This document shows, piece by piece, positions 23,181 to 35,224 of a stretch of DNA of 54,711 bases (the first letter of the stretch is position 1; every line of letters starts with the position of its first letter). The stretch spans positions 1 to 54,711 of the forward strand of contig BCKZ01000046.1 of assembly GCA_001600815.1 (NCBI GenBank), written 5' to 3'. This DNA comes from Alloascoidea hylecoeti (Eukaryota). The notes beneath the pieces are model-generated. The model did not search any database and was not told the origin of the DNA. It saw only the letters and a list, made by a program, of their open reading frames with translations. Both the position numbers and the translations under genes were made by a program.

Positions 23181-23357
23181 TTTGTTTGTTGTTTATTTGT
23201 TGATTGTTGGTATTAATGATAATTAATGATAAGTATCAAAGTATTAATGATATGACTTGTTAGTCTTTATGCTCAAAATTACCCCGTTAGTATATTTCAT
23301 CATGAATCAATTGTATTCCAAATTAATTAAATATAGTCACGTAAATAGGGTGTAGCC

Positions 23358-25346
23358 CTATTTTGTATCACGTGTAAGCTTCCCTGATATCACAATACCA
23401 AATAAAATCTTATCACCCTTTAAATCCCATATTTGTAAAACTGGTATCACTTCAATTTTAGACTGAGAATATTTTGCTAATGTTTCATATATTTCGAATG
23501 ATGTATAAACTGTTATATGAAAATTCCATTTTTCACGTAATTGAATTATTTTCTCAAGATATGATATTGATGGTAAAGTTGTAGTTAGGGTATAATTATC
23601 ATTATATTTTCTTATTCTAATTTTAGAATTAAGTGTCGTGGAATCTTCAAATATATTAGTTAAATTTGTAATGATAGTAGAGTTTTGTAAATGTACCTCA
23701 TCATCAGAATCAGAATCGGTTTCATAACCACTATAATAATTCTTTCCACTATACCCACTCCATTCGATAGCAACATTTTTTGGTAATTTTTTGACCAGAA
23801 CAATGAAAAATGAATCTAATTCATTAGGGTGAATTAAAGCCATTGTATCCTTAGCAATATTTAGTGCGTTCAAATCCGTAATAAATGCAATGGTTGATAA
23901 TAATTGATCATACTTTAGAACTTTTAATATTGTATCAAAGTGTTTTAGAGATAAAATATTTTGCATTACAAGTTGTGTTTTATCATTTTTATTTTCAAAT
24001 GGAATCATTGTTTGTGGGACTAAAGGAATCTGGCCTGATATTGTCATAAGACCTTCGATATCAATAATCGCTTGTGAATATGGGCCAATGTTAGCAGGAG
24101 CCCAATAACTTCTTCCTTGAACATGTAAACCCTTCCTCTGTAATAAATCTGTAGTTGCTATTGCTGATAACATTAAACGAGCACTCAAAGGTAATGTTGT
24201 TTCAACGCATACTCGGGATGGTGGTAATGGTTTTGTAAAAAATGTTGTATAAATGGAATTTACTTTGAGGAAATCATTCATTGAAGATAAAAACAAAGAA
24301 ATATGTGTTATATGGTTGATTGATAGTTTATTGTCTGATAAATATTTCTTTAATTGTGAAAATACATTATTCACCTGCTCTTCCAAAGTATCTGCCGATG
24401 ATGAAAGATTTGAAATATATAATTTACTTCCAACTAAATCAATAACCGGTTGTATTTTCAAGTCAAAAGTAGAATTTGTTGTCTGTAAATTATCAGGACG
24501 GATAGAAAGCTTGTTTATTAATGTGTCATAAGTTTCTTCATATTCATCATTTAGCAACTTTGGAACAATAGTGGAATCACTTTCCAAATGTGTATTTTTT
24601 TCTTTTAACTCAACTTTTATTTTTAAATAATAAACATCATCAGAAGAATGTTTAATGATTTCTTTATCAACAATAACCAATTTTTTCTTAAAGAATGGAG
24701 CATCCAACACAATAGTTTCATACTCACCGCCTTCACCGCAAACATGAACTTCATATAATCGATTCAGTTTATGTAAAATTGGTTCCATTGTTCTTAACCC
24801 CTTACCTAGATGTGTTTCATTAAGTCCAATGGCAGCAACTTTAATAAGAATAGCATCTATATTGCTTGTAATCATTTCGGATAATAGTTCTTCTTGATCC
24901 CTTTGCCATAAATATGATAATGTCGTTAAACCTAACCTAAAGCAGACATTTTCAACCCGTGTTCTTTGATAAGATGAGAGAATTGCACCAACTGAAACTC
25001 CTTCAACATCTGGATGTTTAGCAATTATATCTTTTAATAACAAATATAAATCTTCAGTTTCATCATTCTCAGTTTTCTTATATTCAAGGTTTTGATCTAA
25101 AGATTTGCCAAGAATTGGTCTTCGATACATTGGAACCCCAATAGCTTCGCTATAATAATTCAAAACACCAAATCCGACGGTTTGATACATAAAACTATCA
25201 ATTTCATCAGAATCACTATTACCTTCATTTTTATCACTAGACGGATAAAGATTTCCTAACGCAATAAGCTCATGGCCTTGTTTTAAACAATGAAGAATGT
25301 TAAAACATGAATCTTTACCACCAGAAACTAAAGCTAAGAATTTCAT
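23358..25346 (-). CDS. DPH6: Diphthine-ammonia ligase with C-terminal RidA/YjgF-like domains
   Basis: ALVSGGKDS, DSFMYQTVG, GAILSSYQRTRVE, CGEGGEYET, LHVQGRSYWAPANIGPYSQA. Confidence 0.96.
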   Translation of the reverse strand: MKFLALVSGGKDSCFNILHCLKQGHELIALGNLYPSSDKNEGNSDSDEIDSFMYQTVGFGVLNYYSEAIGVPMYRRPILGKSLDQNLEYKKTENDETEDLYLLLKDIIAKHPDVEGVSVGAILSSYQRTRVENVCFRLGLTTLSYLWQRDQEELLSEMITSNIDAILIKVAAIGLNETHLGKGLRTMEPILHKLNRLYEVHVCGEGGEYETIVLDAPFFKKKLVIVDKEIIKHSSDDVYYLKIKVELKEKNTHLESDSTIVPKLLNDEYEETYDTLINKLSIRPDNLQTTNSTFDLKIQPVIDLVGSKLYISNLSSSADTLEEQVNNVFSQLKKYLSDNKLSINHITHISLFLSSMNDFLKVNSIYTTFFTKPLPPSRVCVETTLPLSARLMLSAIATTDLLQRKGLHVQGRSYWAPANIGPYSQAIIDIEGLMTISGQIPLVPQTMIPFENKNDKTQLVMQNILSLKHFDTILKVLKYDQLLSTIAFITDLNALNIAKDTMALIHPNELDSFFIVLVKKLPKNVAIEWSGYSGKNYYSGYETDSDSDDEVHLQNSTIITNLTNIFEDSTTLNSKIRIRKYNDNYTLTTTLPSISYLEKIIQLREKWNFHITVYTSFEIYETLAKYSQSKIEVIPVLQIWDLKGDKILFGIVISGKLTRDTK

Positions 25347-25949
25347 TCTTTAAAGTAGATCCAAAATAACAATAAATCAAAATTGAAATAGAAAAAAATC
25401 AGAATACAAAATGTAAATATAGTACTTTTTTTAAAAATGAAAAACAAATGAGAATATATCAACAATTGGAAAAATGATTTATGAAAACTAGTACGAAAAA
25501 AAACTAAAAAGTTTCACGTGTCATGTGATAATTATTACATTAAAAATAAAAGTATAAAATGTGACATGTTGGTATTGAACTTCACTTTATCTCAATTTTG
25601 AATAATTATTATTGGTCTTAAATTATATGAATGGAACCCTTCCGGTATTTAATAATACTGGTGGTATAAAAGCAAACAACAATGAGAAATATACAATCGG
25701 TAGAGCCGATGACGAATGTGAAAATTAAGTTGATAATATTATAATCCTTGCGTCCCCAGCTTATAATCTTTTTAAGAACACTATATTTAATTTTAAATTT
25801 ATCCCTTTCAATATTATTTATCTGGTAAAATACACATAATCTTTCTATTCATAGGTGTTTCTATATTGTATAGATAAATATCACTTCAGGTGAGCTTGAA
25901 AATAAGGTCTCTTGCAAGATCCTAAAAATATAATGATCAAGGATCGAAA

Positions 25950-27130
25950 TGCAAAGTTAATTAATTATGGTATAATCCAATAGAGGAAAAAAACTGGATA
26001 CCAATTGTTGCTTTTCTGGTAATTTTTTATTTTCAATACCACCAATAATTAGACCACAAGGCTTATGGGTATATATACCTCCATAAAAATTGTGTTTTTG
26101 AGAATATAGGCCATAGTATTGAATGTTCTCCTCCGCCAACATTGGTTCAAGTTGAATAACCATTTAATATTCAATGTAGAATATGAGATAACACCAATAT
26201 CTTAAAATTTTGTTCCTAATGGAATATCATTTTTGAACAAAAACACTGTAACCATAATTACGGGTCATGGATCCATTTGTTTAACTATAACCCTAAGTAT
26301 TGTTTTCTGTTCCTGACATTTTAAAATTATTGGCGTCAAACCTTCTAAATCAATTAAAAGATAACTGTATATATTGTCTGTAGTAAATTCAATAAAGTAT
26401 TTGAGTCTTCACTTGACGTCATCTTTTCCCCTTTTTCTTTCTTTCCCATGTGGGAAATCTTCATCATATATAAGGTAGTCCACCATGATCCACACGTGGT
26501 CCGTAAAGACCAAGTAAACCATCAAAGCAAAACATTCCCCATGATCACCATTTTTATTTTAAGAACTAAATATTGTAAATATAGATTCTACTTAATGTCA
26601 AGAATTCTCCTTATAAGTTTGAATATGATCGAATGTTTCTTTTTCCTAGTTGCTGAGTTTTTTGCTCTGTGAAATCTTTCTTTTGAGGGTGTTAATTTCA
26701 CATTCTGCCAACCTTTCCCTGCACTGTGGATCCGTAGCAAGAGGTGTTTCATGAAGAACCTTCGATTTACCTTTTCTACCCTTATTGAATAAATTCCTCT
26801 TATAGGAAAAGGGATCAGACCCTTCTAGCTCCCGCACCTCATGTTTCAAAACCACACTTGCCGCTCTGATCCACCCCATCATTTCAGGTACTGCAACAGC
26901 ATTTTGATCAATATTCAACAACATTTCCATAACATTTCCTATATGAGCATTATACAGATTATTAGATTGTAAAGCTCTATGAAATTCCTGTTCCAAGGAT
27001 TCAGACACCTTTAGGATTGGTCCCGGGTTAACCGAAATATTCTTAAAAACTACGGAAATCCTGTTTTCTTTGCAGGAATTAATGCCTTCATGAAGTCGGC
27101 CTTTGGTTCGCGATACTGTGAGTGAATTTT
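25950..27130 (-). pseudogene. Decayed ORF of unknown function
   Basis: About 160 open codons (~27130 to 26646) without an ATG start, followed by further stop-interrupted protein-like segments. GC is higher than in the flanks. Confidence 0.35.
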
Positions 27131-28375
27131 ACGACCAAGTGTGGATATGCGGGTAACTTTACGATAAAATATACGGCTGTCATTTTATAATTGTACTGCT
27201 AGGTTTAGTTAATATCAGCAATGTTAACGTTTGTTGCATCTTTCTTTCAACCTTTGATATGATGAATGTGTAATGATGAAAACACTATAATACTTAACTA
27301 ATTGTAAATTTGAATGAGAAAAAGATGGATTATCATTCATTGATTAACATATTAACTAGATATAATGTGAAAAAGGTTTTTATTTAAATTTTTTTACTAA
27401 AATCTTAGTTTTTACAGATCATTTTTTTAACCTCTTTATCGTTATTTCATAATTTATTAGTTATTCTGAATACTAAAATTTTCTACTTTTGCAAAAAATA
27501 ATTAATGGAGGTTATTCGTTGGAATTAGTTGATTTAATAACTACACAATCGTGAGTATGTTTAGCTTCTTTTTCATTGATATCTTTATAATTAGCTTATA
27601 GGGACTTTGAAAACATTTACATGCTAGTATATTTACTTTCGATAACATATATATCATTATTATTCTAGTGAGCTGTACTATGAACATACCAACAGTACTT
27701 GAATTCTTATTTAGTTTAACTCGAGCTATAACTTATCTCTTTCTATAATTATAGCTAAAGTACTAACATATTATTTGCTGGCCCCCATTTTTTTATAGGA
27801 GCAGCGCTATGCTTGGGTTATTTTACAATATAGACAGCTGTAGGTTAAAGTAACTATCATATTGTTGAATATCTATCTGGTATTTGCGGCAGTTTGTTCA
27901 CTCATGATTAATTTTATTAACTTGATACATTTAAATAATATTATTAATCCAATAACTATAGATTGTCTGTATGTTAAATTAAGGTGTAGTTAAATCTATA
28001 ATTTTTTTCTTGTAATCGTCTCGGAACTAATATATTTTCTTTCATTTCTTTACAAAGTTAAAGTCCTGTAGTTTAACGAAATATAAACCCACGAACAAAA
28101 TGAAAATGGAAATACAATCTTTAATAAGCATATCTGGAGCGTTTGAAACACAGTATATAATCAGTAACTTATTCAAAAATGAAGAACTCTCTTCAATGTC
28201 TAATATCATGACTTTTCTAGTTCTCAACTTTAATATGAATGATAATTTGCAGATTGAAGTTTTCATTCGGGTCTGAGTTATCCTACACGACATTAACTGT
28301 CAACCACACGCAATTCAACAAATATCAGATTCTTTCTTTTTATTTTAGTTAATTAAAAATATATATACTTTAATA

Positions 28376-30150
28376 TTAAGTTGTTTTTGTAATTTTTCTT
28401 CTCTTACTAGTAAGACCAATCAATGTAGTTTGTTTTCTCCCATCACCTTTAGATTGTTTCTTTTCATATTTTGCTAATTGTTCTTTTCTTTCAGCAGCAC
28501 CTTTCTTTTGAAGTTCTTCAGCTTTTTTAATCACTTCAACATCATCTGCACTTTTACCTATTAACCATTCAAGTAATCTATTAAATTCATAATTAGTGTT
28601 TCGATGAATAAAATGAGAAAAGAAAAATGATACTTACTTCATTTCTTCTCCACGAGGGTCATCAGATCCTTTTTCTCCATCTGGTGTTTCTAGAACAATT
28701 GGTAAACCTTCCAAATGTGGTGTATTAACAATCTAATGCAACCTTAGTAAAATAATAATAATAATAATAATAGAATGGGCTGATACTTACAACCCTAAAA
28801 GGTTCCAATCCTAAAAATCCATAACCGATATGTTGATGTAAATCTCTGTTTGCACCCAATGGTGCTTTTGAATCATTCAAATGAATTGCTTTTAAATATT
28901 TCAAACCAACAATCTCATCAAACTTTTCCCAAAATTCTTTTTGTAATTTTTCTGTTCTAATATCAAACCCAGCAGCAAAAGTATGACAAGTATCAACACA
29001 AACACCAACACGTTCTTTATTTTCAACTAATTCAATAACATCCCTTAAATCTTCAAGTTTTGAACCAATTAAATTACCATGACCTGCCATATTTTCTAAA
29101 AGAATTATAACTTGTTCTGTATCTGAAATAGCCCTATTAACATTTTTAGCTAATCTTTTAATTGCTGAATTACGATCTGTACCAAGGTCAGAACCAGGAT
29201 GAAAATTATAAAGTCCAATTCCTAATTTTTCACAACGTTTAAGATCATCTAGAAATGAACCATATGCTTTTTCTTCCTTTTCAGGATCAGGATTTGCTAA
29301 ATTTATAAAATATGAACCATGTGGTAAAATATCACTAAATAAATAAATAATTAGAATAGAACTTATATAACAGCAAAATATTATGATAGTAGTACATACT
29401 TTTTAGGATTGAATTTATATTCTTCACAAAGACGTTTAAATTCCTCAGCTTCTTTGTCTGAAATTTGTGGAGATACCCATCTTCTTGGACTTTTTAAAAA
29501 CATTGCAAATGAATTATGTCTAAAAAAATTATTAATTAGTTTGCATAATGATTATGTGATTAAGAGAAGACTCATTATTTTGTTGATTAAAATATTTACC
29601 CTAAATTCATTGCATTTAAAATAGATTTTGAAACCCCTTGAAAGTAAAACGCGTCGGTTAATAATCATCATATAAGATTTATGGAAATATCAATTACAAA
29701 TTCAATTAATTGACATAATGTGAACATAACATACCACCACTCATTGCAACATGAGAGCCAATTCTCATTTTACAACCATAGTTTCTTGTGAATTTAAAAG
29801 ACATTTCTTTTGATGATGATGGTTTAGTTTGTTTTGCTTTAGACCGTGAAACTTTAGGCTTGGATATTGTTTTGATGTCTTCTTTTTCTTCCCCTTTGAT
29901 GTCTTCCTCTTTAATATCTTCTTTTTCTTCCTCTTTGGTAAAACCAATAAACTCTGGATTAGCTATAGTGTCAGTGTTTTCTGATTTGATGGTTTCTGAA
30001 TCTTCTACTTTTAATTTAGCTTCAGAATTAGGCACTTTCCTTGAAGAATTAGTTTCTCTAAACAAATAAGATGATTATTAGTCAAAAATGGTCAAGCAGA
30101 AAGAAGTTTCAAAAAAGTCATAATTACCGGGTCCTTTTGGATCTTCTCAT
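28376..30150 (-). CDS. APN1: AP endonuclease, endonuclease IV family; 7 exons
   Basis: Spliced motifs GSHVAMSGG, NSFAMFLKSPRRW, PHGSYFINL, YNFHPGS, LENMAG, CVDTCHTFAAG, IHLNDSK, LETP. Exon 1 is 30150-30128, exon 2 is 30057-29735; six GT-AG introns; stop at 28376. Confidence 0.95.
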
Positions 30151-30329
30151 TGTAATTATTGTAGAGTTTGTTATTTTATATTTTTCTTTTTACAATTGTG
30201 AATGGTCACATGATGTAATAAATTTGAGCAACTTCTGAGCAAACCTACGTTATCTAGATCTATCAAATTTGGTAGTTGTAGTAGGGGATGCTTATAAATA
30301 TTTTTTTTTACATGGCTTTTTTTATATTT

Positions 30330-30920
30330 GTTACTTCATTAATTTAGAAGACAATACCACTGATCACATCATTAGAATCATTATCACCAGTAGACAAGAT
30401 GAGCAATCAGCTAGAAGGATCTAATAATATAGTCAACAATCTGTTAAGTACTTTCCAATGGAAATTTTAAATATAATTTTCAGGAAGTATATGTTAATAA
30501 TTAGTTATCTGAACTTCTCACCATTACTGGAGTCTCTCGAGGTTGGAGTTATGGATGTCATCACCTTGGGAAATCTGCTTTAAGTCCATCAGATCGTAAA
30601 AGATACCAACAATTGAATGGACAAGGATTATTTCAAGTATACGTGCTCTCGTTCACGAAGATTCCTCCTCCTTAAAAAATCTAATTGAGAATGATTTGGG
30701 CTATAAATTATTTCTTCAATATAATAGAATCGCCAATAAGACTATCCAAGAAATGACTGAAGTCTATGAAATCCATCTTCCTTCCAGTGAAGTGTTTTAT
30801 AACTATATATATTATGATTATCAGCTTATGGGTAAGGATTCCTCGGCATCATTATCTTTAATCTCAACCCAAGAAAATTATAGAGGATTGAAAGTTTGGA
30901 GCTATAAATTCATAACTTTA
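30330..30920 (+). pseudogene. F-box family pseudogene, copy 1 (left arm of inverted pair; runs into gap)
   Basis: YFPMEILNIIFRKY /frameshift/ SELLTITGVSRGW /frameshift/ PWEICFK..*KIPTIEWTRIISSIRALVHEDSSSLKNLIENDLG forms an F-box motif with frameshifts. Confidence 0.65.
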
Positions 30921-31435
30921 NNNNNNNNNNNNNNNNNNNNNNNNNNNNNNNNNNNNNNNNNNNNNNNNNNNNNNNNNNNNNNNNNNNNNNNNNNNNNNNN
31001 NNNNNNNNNNNNNNNNNNNNNNNNNNNNNNNNNNNNNNNNNNNNNNNNNNNNNNNNNNNNNNNNNNNNNNNNNNNNNNNNNNNNNNNNNNNNNNNNNNNN
31101 NNNNNNNNNNNNNNNNNNNNNNNNNNNNNNNNNNNNNNNNNNNNNNNNNNNNNNNNNNNNNNNNNNNNNNNNNNNNNNNNNNNNNNNNNNNNNNNNNNNN
31201 NNNNNNNNNNNNNNNNNNNNNNNNNNNNNNNNNNNNNNNNNNNNNNNNNNNNNNNNNNNNNNNNNNNNNNNNNNNNNNNNNNNNNNNNNNNNNNNNNNNN
31301 NNNNNNNNNNNNNNNNNNNNNNNNNNNNNNNNNNNNNNNNNNNNNNNNNNNNNNNNNNNNNNNNNNNNNNNNNNNNNNNNNNNNNNNNNNNNNNNNNNNN
31401 NNNNNNNNNNNNNNNNNNNNNNNNNNNNNNNNNNN
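30921..31435. other. Assembly gap (515 N)
   Basis: Run of N; ORFs spanning it are artefacts. Confidence 1.
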
Positions 31436-31850
31436 AATAAAATTTCCACAATCTAAAGTTATGAATTTATAGCTCCAAACTTTCAATCCTCTATAATTTT
31501 CTTGGGTTGAGATTAAAGATAATGATGCCGAGGAATCCTTACCCATAAGCTGATAATCATAATATATATAGTTATAAAACACTTCACTGGAAGGAAGATG
31601 GATTTCATAGACTTCAGTCATTTCTTGGATAGTCTTATTGGCGATTCCATTATATTGAAATAATTTATAGCCCAAATCATTCTCAATTAGATTTTTTAAG
31701 GAGGAGGAATATTCGTGAACGAGTGCACGTATACTTGAAATAATCCTTTTACTAGTTGATTGTTCATATTGTCTATTGGTGATGTTGATTCTAATGATGT
31801 GATCAGTACTATTGTCTTCTAAATTAATGAAATGAAAAATAGAAAAAGAA
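31436..31850 (-). repeat. Inverted copy 2 of the 30330-30920 family, lacking the F-box segment
   Basis: Reverse complement is near-identical to 30625-30920 and similar to 30335-30415. The intervening ~210 bp is absent. The frame is open for ~140 codons. Confidence 0.9.
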
Positions 31851-32791
31851 ATTGGCAAATAAAAAATATAATATATATTCAGTAGATTAGCATATTAATT
31901 ATGTTTGTAACTATAATTTAAAAGTAAATTTAAAAGTTTATATGTTAAAGCTTTGACAACTATATTAAAGGATGATATTTATTATTACTATATAACTTAT
32001 AAGCAAGTAAAAATAAGATGTAATATTATAACCGGACTTTGATATGATTGTTGCTTAGGCTAATAAAATTATTGGTTGACAACCTAAGTAGTGATTGAAC
32101 TTAAAAACGATAACTATACCTGGTATGTATTTTAATCTCAGTTGAAATTGTGTAAGTATTTAAAGAAAATAAATGTAAAACCGTGAATTAGAGATAAGGA
32201 GCCATATACTCACATTAAGTTACACATACTACCCTGATAAATATTTTTGAGATAGCTATGTATTTAGCTCACTTCTAATACTTTAATCGAGAACAGATAA
32301 TACGTTCTTATATATTATGAATCTTCCGGTGACAACTGTTTATATTAAAAATATGTGAAGTGATGGCATATTAGATTTCTAATAAGCGAATACGTTTATT
32401 AGATCTTATTTGGATAATCCGATCTGGAGATATAATGAGTATCTTACTATGCATATGAATATGAGATAAAATTTGAAGGTAGTAGGAATAAATAAATAAT
32501 GCGGGTGCTCTAGATAATATATTCATAAGTTTACGGCCATAAGTTATAAGTCCTTATACATGTCTATATTATATGGGTATGAGTAATTTGAATTTTGTTT
32601 TATCCGTTCCCAAATTTAGCCTCCAGTTATAGGAATTCTTCACAAGTTTTTTTTGTTTTGTTTTATTGACCATATTAAAATTAAAATGAAAAAGTCAAAA
32701 TACCTAAAAAGTAAGTCAAGTCATGATTCATTTGAATATAGTTATACCTAACATAACCAATCATTAAATAAATAAATTTCCTAGTTCTTAA

Positions 32792-33838
32792 TTAACCTGT
32801 TAAAACATAACCAATACCAACAACGGATAAGCCAAAAACAGACCAACCAATAACCATCTTTTCACTTCCACCAATTTTAACAGCTTCAATTGCCATTTGC
32901 ATTCCAACAACCCATAACATTCCAGCCGTTCCAGCAGGTAAAATTCCATAAATTGAACCAATTTCAATATCATCATCATTTTGATGACGAAATAAAATTA
33001 ATGATATTATTGCCCCTAAAGGTTGCGATAATGCACCTAATAAACTTGATAATAAAACTGATTTTAATCTATTTTTAAAAGCTAAATAAAGTGTTAAAGA
33101 TAATGTAAAACCATCAGTTATATTATGTAAAGCTAATGAAGTGAAAACAGAAAATCCTAATTTTGGATTCATATGAGTTGTTGTAAATGTTAAAAAACCT
33201 TCAGGTAATTTATGAATTGTTATTGCTAGGGCGGTCGTTAAAGAAATTGATAAAAATTGTTTAGATGTATTTTGATCAAGAATAGGATTTGGATGCTGAT
33301 GATTTTTATTATGGGTATGAATGTGAGGAATTGATTTATGTCTAAATAAAGTTGATTCAAGATCTTTTGATAATGTTGAATTAACTCTTGTTATTAATGG
33401 TTGATTTTCATCAATAATAGTAGAAGAATTATCATTATTATTATTTAAATTTGAACCATAATTTACATTTGTTTCAAAGTCATCTGGACATGTTTCATTT
33501 GACTCTTCATGAGAATAACCCATTTTATGGACTAATATATCCAGGCCGGCACATAAGATAATACCACCGATGAAACTTGCCATTAGCGCTAAGTTTGGTT
33601 GGCCTAGACTTTTGAAGTAACGATTAGCGCTCGGTAATAGTCTAAACAGTGATGTGAACAGTAAAGCACCGGAAGAAACTGACATGGCAGCCACCAGAAA
33701 GTCGGGACTATTGATTATACTAAAATGAGATGAAGGACATATTAAATGAACTATTTTGTCTGTATAAACCACAAAAGTACCAGAAATACAACAGAGTGAA
33801 GATAAGAAGATATATAACCAGGCAAGATCGAAATCCAT
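32792..33838 (-). CDS. ZRT3: ZIP family zinc transporter (vacuolar Zrt3-like)
   Basis: GALLFTSLFRLLP, His-rich loop, AITIHKLPEG, LHNITDGF, LSQPLGA. Confidence 0.85.
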   Translation of the reverse strand: MDFDLAWLYIFLSSLCCISGTFVVYTDKIVHLICPSSHFSIINSPDFLVAAMSVSSGALLFTSLFRLLPSANRYFKSLGQPNLALMASFIGGIILCAGLDILVHKMGYSHEESNETCPDDFETNVNYGSNLNNNNDNSSTIIDENQPLITRVNSTLSKDLESTLFRHKSIPHIHTHNKNHQHPNPILDQNTSKQFLSISLTTALAITIHKLPEGFLTFTTTHMNPKLGFSVFTSLALHNITDGFTLSLTLYLAFKNRLKSVLLSSLLGALSQPLGAIISLILFRHQNDDDIEIGSIYGILPAGTAGMLWVVGMQMAIEAVKIGGSEKMVIGWSVFGLSVVGIGYVLTG

Positions 33839-34154
33839 TTGAAAATAATTTTATTTGTATTTGTTTTTATAGCACCCTTTTTATATTCTTTGTTTGGAAG
33901 TAATAAATTTCTTGTTTTAAATACCTTGGTGGTACCTCCCATCTCCTGTTGCCAATCAGAACACTGCTCACTTTTCAGAACTCCTCTGGAAACTTTGGGT
34001 AGCCAGAACTACCTGTATATATCTGATTTGGTTCGTGGCTTGATGAAGTCAGATGGGAATACTATAAATATTTATAAACCTCTATGCTACCATGTCTCAC
34101 TGGTTATTGCCAGTTGACACTTTGTAATAATTAAATACACCCTAGCTATAGTTA

Positions 34155-34410
34155 GATACATCAACCATTTGAAAATATTTACCATAATGCTGTACTTTCT
34201 AGAGAAATTCCTACACGGTGGAGTTTCCCATTAAATGTCCAGAGCGTAACGGACCGTGAGTACATTGTTTAAGAAGTATATAAATTTTTGATGTAAAATG
34301 AGCCATGCCTGTGATTGGTATAGAGCTCCAGCTATCACAGATAGTGATCACTTTCCGTCATAATCACCGCGCTATTCAGTATTCCTATCATCCCCATTGA
34401 AGGCCTACTA
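34155..34410 (+). mobile_element. Possible hAT transposase remnant
   Basis: VLSREIPTRWS (TRW at 34213-34221) resembles the hAT DxxTRWNS motif. Downstream CDWY...DHFPS and LSVIITALFSIP resemble the hAT dimerization motif. Heavily decayed. Confidence 0.35.
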
Positions 34411-35224
34411 GCTGTGTTTGATTATGAATTTCCCTGGTAGATCCATCAAACGTTGTTGCGCCGGTGTTGTACTTATTAATTAGTCTAAAGGAGTTTATCC
34501 CGCACACAAAACAAGCACTTGATCTACCGATATATATATATATGTTCGTCCAATCTTATTTGAAATTTCATTACATTGCTAATTTGCTTCGAAGATCTAT
34601 TGCGACATAAGGTTTGTTCTCGATTATAATAACTACTCGTAAGGTAAAATTATATTATATTTCTAAAATGTTACTCGAAAATATGAACTAGGGAATAATT
34701 TTAGAATCAAAAAGAGGATAGTGGCTTATTTCCAAACCTTAAAACTTCAATACCCGAAGATTTTCAGCGTGTTGAAATATTAATAAAGAGATCCATCTAG
34801 TACAGTCCTTCTCTTGTCTGTTAACTCGTGTCTGGATATCATAAATAATTGCAATTGTGATCTAACAACAACACTGGTACTTTTAGCGTTCGGTTGCGCG
34901 CAGATATCCTTTCCTCGCTAGGAACTAAGGTTTTTTAGCATGGTAGTAAGCTTTACGCGTCGCTTTTATTGGAGGTTAGCAAAGAAACCTTAAAAGATGA
35001 ACAAACGACGATAGTCTTACATAATCCTTGTATTACTCACTTACATAATTGTTGACAAACGTGACCTCGTCTAGTAACTGGAATGCGCCTTTCCAAAGCA
35101 ATCCATACATCCATTCTTGCGCAACCCCCCTTTCTTCACGCCTTTTTCGAAACTTCCCAAATTTCATCTTCAGATTTACTTTTATTCCTAAGGGTCCGTT
35201 TATTTAATTTTTGAAAATAACATA

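Noticed and set aside
30696..31858. Long ORFs containing X runs
   Set aside because: They read through the N gap; only the flanking segments are real sequence.
33923..33933. ACCTTGGTGGT as a zinc-responsive element upstream of ZRT3
   Set aside because: Two mismatches to ACCTTNAAGGT; insufficient alone.
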